Assembly: GCA_051313645.2 (NCBI GenBank)
Contig: JBNRSN020000016.1
Coordinates: forward strand, 34,410,001-34,474,000
Direction: 5' to 3'
Source: Centroscyllium fabricii
Taxonomy: Eukaryota
Length of the DNA stretch: 64,000 bases
Positions 59,523-64,000 of the stretch are shown one piece after another. Position 1 is the first letter of the stretch; each line of letters starts with the position of its first letter. The notes under the pieces are model-generated. The model made no database searches. It saw only the letters and a list, made by a program, of their open reading frames with translations, and was not told the origin of the DNA. Both the position numbers and the translations under genes were made by a program.

Positions 59523-61245
59523 CATAGAATCATGACTCATAGAATGGTTACAGCACAGAAGGAGGCCATTTGGCCCATTGAGCCCGTGCCGGCTCTCTGC
59601 AAGAGCACTTCAGCTAGTCCCGCTCCCCTGCCCATTCCCCGTAGCCCTGCAATTTTCTTTCCTTCAGATACTTATCCAATTCCCTTTTGAAAGCCACGAT
59701 TGAATCTGCCTTCAGCACCCTTTCAGGCCGTGCATTCCAGATCATAACCACTCGCTGCGTTAAAAAGTTTATCTTGTGCTACCTTTGGTTCTTTTGCCAA
59801 TCACCTTAAATCTGTGTCCTCTGGTTCTCGATCCTTCCGCCAATGGGAACAGTTTCTCTTTATCTACTCTGTCTGGACCCCTCATGATTTTGAACACCTC
59901 TATCAAATCTCCTCTCAACCTACTCTGCTCTAAGGAGAACAACCCCAGCTTCTCTAGTCTATCCACATAACTGAGGTCCCTCACCCCTGGAATCATTCTC
60001 GTAAATCTTTTCTGCACCCACTCCAAGGCCTTCACATCCTTCCTAAAGTGTGGTGCCCAGAATTGGACACAATACTCCAGTTGAGGCCGAACCAATGTTT
60101 TATAACGGTTCATAATAACTTCCTTGCTTTTGTACTCTGTGGGCTCGAACTTCCAAGCCCTGTGGAGGCAGCTTTGGAGGCGGGAGTGGTGGGAAAATTG
60201 CAGAATCGGGGGGCAGGAACCCATCCCGCCCCCAAACTGCCTCCGTGCCAATGTCCCAGGAGGTGGATACCCGACATCTGCTGGGAGCCGTCTCCCCGAG
60301 GCGGAAAGGTGATTAGTGCCAATTAGTTGCCTGTTAACAGGTAGTTAACAGGCAGTGTTTTTTGACTAATCCCTATTTTTAGCCCTGAAGTGTGGGCTGT
60401 CCGATGGCTCCAAACCACGCCAAGTTAGCGAGGTGCACCGTCGGTCTGAAGGGGTTGGAGGGGTCGAGATGTCCATTGTGCAGGTGAGTGATGGGTGCAT
60501 GTGTGCAGAGGTAAGTGTGTGAAGTAAGTGTAAAGTGTTTTAATAAGTTTTACTTACCTTTACTTTCTCCTGCAGGCTTCCTTCCTTCAGTTTTCGGGCT
60601 GCCCTCAGTTCACTGGCACAGAAAGCACAATGGCCGCTGAACTGTCAAAAGCTGCAGCATTCTGCTCTCTGGTCTGGAGAGCTCTTTCACTGAGCCTGAG
60701 TAGAAGGACTCAAGTTAGAAGACAGGTTGTCAGTGTTTGACAGCTTCCCAGAGCTGTCAAACGCTGATTTTTCACCTGTCGAAAGCTCTTGAGAGATGAA
60801 ATGTCAATCGCTGATGTCACCAGTAACCAGGTGTCCCTTAATTGGCCTGCTGAGCCTGCTGGGCGGGCTTAACAAGGTCAATCAAGGGAAAATAGTGTGG
60901 GTTGGTCACAAGTCGATGGAGGTGGGACTACAACCCAAAAAGTGGGAGTCCTGCCTCCATCACGTCCCCATTGATAAGTTCGAGCCCTATGCCTCTATTT
61001 ATGAAGCCCAGGATCAAAAATGCTTCTTTAACCACTTTCTCAACCTGCCCTGCCACCTTCAATGATTTGTGCACATATACCCCCAGGTCTCTCTGTTCAT
61101 GCACCCCCTTTACGATTGTACCCTTTAGTTTATATTGCCTCTCCTCGTTCTTCCAACCAAAATGTATCACTTTGCACCTTTCTGCGTTAAATTTCATCTG
61201 ACACGTGTCCGCTCATTTCACCAGCCTGTCTATGTCTTCTTGAAG
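59523..61245 (-). mobile_element. CR1 3' part interrupted by a family B MITE (60141-60987)
   Basis: ORFs 60928-61197 and 59769-60251. The MITE has a perfect 12-bp TIR GGGCTCGAACTT. Confidence 0.88.
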
Positions 61246-61314
61246 TCTAACAGCTTTGATTCTGTGTCCCTTAGTACACTTGCCCAACATACATCCAGCA
61301 ATGCTTCAAACAAC

Positions 61315-62806
61315 GGGGATAATTTTGACTTTGGGCGATATTTTAAAGCAGGTGATGTCGGATCAGCCTCCCATCAGACATCTCTTCTGATTTTTAGTTC
61401 TATTTAAGGGGAGGCGGTGGCGTAGTGGTTCTGTCACTAGACTAGTAAACCAGAGGCTCAGTTAAGTGCTCTGAGGATATGGGTTCAAATCCCACCACGG
61501 CAGCTGGTGGAATTTAAATTCAATTCAATTTAATTCTGGAATTAAATGTTAGTCTTAGTAATGGCGACCATGATACCATTGTCGATTGTTGCAAAAACCC
61601 ATCTGGTTCACTAATGTCCTTTAGGGAAGGAAATCTGCCATCCTTACCTGGTCTGGCCTACATGTGACTCCAGACCCACAGCAATGTGGTTGACTCTTAA
61701 TGCCCTCTGAAATGGCCCAGCAAGCCACTCAGTTGTAAACAACCGCTACGCAACATTGTGGGTGTACCTACACCATATGGACTGCAGCGGTTCAAGAAGG
61801 CGGCTCACCACCATCTTCTTGAGGGCAATTAGGGATGGGCACTAAATGCAGGCCTAGCTAGCCAGCGACGCCCACATCCCATCAACGAATTTAAAAAAAA
61901 TGGGCTGAATTTTCATTGGGCCATGGAGTTGGAATTGGAGGTGTGTGGGGGGTTAAAACCTCAAAATCGGGGGTCCCAACCCCATCCTGCACCCAACCCG
62001 CCTCCATGCCAGTTTCAAAGGAGGCGGGTACCTGCCCCGCACTGGGACCCACCTCCCCGAGGCGGGAAGGGGATTAGTGCCAATTAACTGCCTGTTAGCA
62101 GGTAGTTAACAGGCAGTTTTTAGCCTAATCCCTATTTTCTTTGTTGAAATGTGGGATTCCCGACGGCTCCAAACCATGCCAAGGTTTGGAGCGAGGCGGG
62201 CCGTCGGGCTGAAGGGCTTGGAGGGGTCGAGATGTCAGTGTTCAGGTGAGTGATAGGTGCATGAGTGCAAATGTAAATGTGTTTGGTATGTTTAAAGTGC
62301 TTAAAGAAGTTTTACTTACCTTTTCAGCCTTCCTTCCTTCAGGTCTCGGGAGTCCCTCATCTCACCGGCACAGAAAGCAGAATGGCTGCGATCTGTCAAA
62401 AATTGCAGCATTCAGCTTTCTGTTCCGGGGCGATCTCTAAATCATCCTGAAAGGAAGGAATTAACTTAGAGTACAGATTGTCAGTGTTTGACAGCTTCAA
62501 ACAGCTGTGGAACGCTGATATTTCATCTGTCAAAAGGTCTTGACAAATGAAATGTCAATCTGTGAAGTCACCTGTTGCCAGGTGGCCCTTTATTGGCCTG
62601 CTGAGTCCGCTGGGCGGGCTCAACAAGGTCAATCAAGTGAAAATCACGTGGATTGGCCACAACTCGATGGAGGCGGGACTAAAATGCCGAAAGTTGTAAT
62701 CCTGCCTCCTACCCGACTCCTCAATGAAAATCCAGCCCAATGTCCAACGGGTGGCTAATTTGATAACGCCCTATTCATACCGGCACCCAAAGTCAAAATT
62801 ATCCCC
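61315..62806. mobile_element. Short MITE containing a Meta-like SINE (61408-61900) and a family B MITE (61902-62738)
   Basis: Perfect 21-bp TIR GGGGATAATTTTGACTTTGGG. The inner MITE is flanked by AAT on both sides. Confidence 0.8.
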
Positions 62807-63345
62807 ATGGATGCAGAAATAAATTACCTTCAATACAGGATTCTAATTTAATAACTATCAAGTGAATGCATGATTTAAAACAGTGATGTGTAGCATATTA
62901 ACCACATTAGATCCAATCACCACAGTACATATTTGCTGCTCATTATCTGTCTAATGGCAGAGGAAAGGTGGAAACAGGAGACAGAGGCACAAAATTGGGA
63001 AACCACTATCAAAATAGGATTAGCAATGCAGTTAACAGCTTGTCCCATTGGTTCCAGTCAGATCAGTTTGTGAGCGGCAGACCCGACACTCACGAAAATT
63101 GGGTTGGGGTGTTTTGGAGGCGGGTTGGGTGTCTGAAGCCACTTTTTCTGATTTTTGCTGCCGACCTGCCTTCTTGAGGCTGTTAAAATCGAACTCAACG
63201 TTCCTGTGAAGTGTTTCGGGACGTTTTTGCTACAGTGAAGGTGCTATATAAATGCAAGATGTTGTTCAGAAAGAGTCACTTTGACAAATTGCGACATACA
63301 AAGGGAGTTGTGTCCACTTTAATCTTCGTGGCACACACCCAGAAT

Positions 63346-64000
63346 ACATAGATACATAGAAGATAGGAGCAGGAGTAGGCCATTCAGCCCCTCGAGCTCT
63401 AAGAACTATATCTAACTCCTTCTTGAATATATTTAATGAACCGGCCTCAACTACATTCTGTGGTAGAGAATTCCACAGGTTCACCACCCTCTGGGTGAAG
63501 AAATTCTTCCTCATCTCTGTCCTGAATGGCTTACCCCTTATCGTTAAACTGTGCCCCCTGGTTCTGGACTCTCCGACCATCGGGAACATTCTTCCTGCAT
63601 CTAGTTTGTCCAGACTTGTCAGAATTTTATAAGTTTCGATGAGATCACCTCTCATTCTTCTAAACTCTAGCAAGTATAAGTCTAATCGACTCAATCTCTC
63701 CTCATATGTTATTCCTGCCATCCCAGGTATCAGCCTTGTGAACCTATGCTGCGCTTCTTCCATGGCGAGAACATCCTTCCTCAGATAAGGCGACCAAAAC
63801 TGCACACAGTACTCAAGGTGTGGTCTCACCAAGGCCCTGTACAACTGCAGCAGGACATCCTTGTTCCTGTGCTCAAACCCTTTCGCTACGAAGGCCAACA
63901 TACCATTTGCCTTCTTCACCACCTGCTGCACCTGCATGCTTACCTTCAGCGACTGGTGCACAAGAACACCCAGGTCTCTTTGCACTTCCCCATCTCCCAA
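63346..64000 (-). mobile_element. CR1 3' part (runs off window; deletion across stop codon and UTR)
   Basis: ORF 63266-64000 has CR1 C-terminal motifs and reads through into the tail. Confidence 0.9.

Overview
This is eukaryotic, transposon-saturated vertebrate DNA, intronic or intergenic. The repeat families (young CR1 LINEs with ATGTTTCT/ATTCTAT tails, HE1-like V-SINEs, Rex1/Babar, L2, Penelope) point to a cartilaginous fish, which is an inference. I could not recognise any host protein-coding exon, and every long ORF is transposon-derived. Contents: many nested CR1, Rex1/Babar, L2 and related LINE fragments; four SINE types (V-domain, Meta-like, Deu-like and a 5S rRNA-derived SINE); Penelope-like elements carrying minimal hammerhead-ribozyme cores; a full-length decayed Gypsy provirus with CsRn1-clade hallmarks (50680-55246); two solo LTRs; two PIF/Harbinger relics with Myb/SANT genes; and many Harbinger-type and Tigger-type MITEs. 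Most interesting: (1) a 5S-derived SINE with an 11-bp TSD and an RTE-like (AAG)n tail; (2) tiny fold-back Penelope termini with hammerhead cores and long TSDs; (3) SINE tail swapping; (4) MITEs carrying arrays of NRF1/YY1/CCAAT motifs or 5' splice sites. All alignments were done by eye and no database searches were run.
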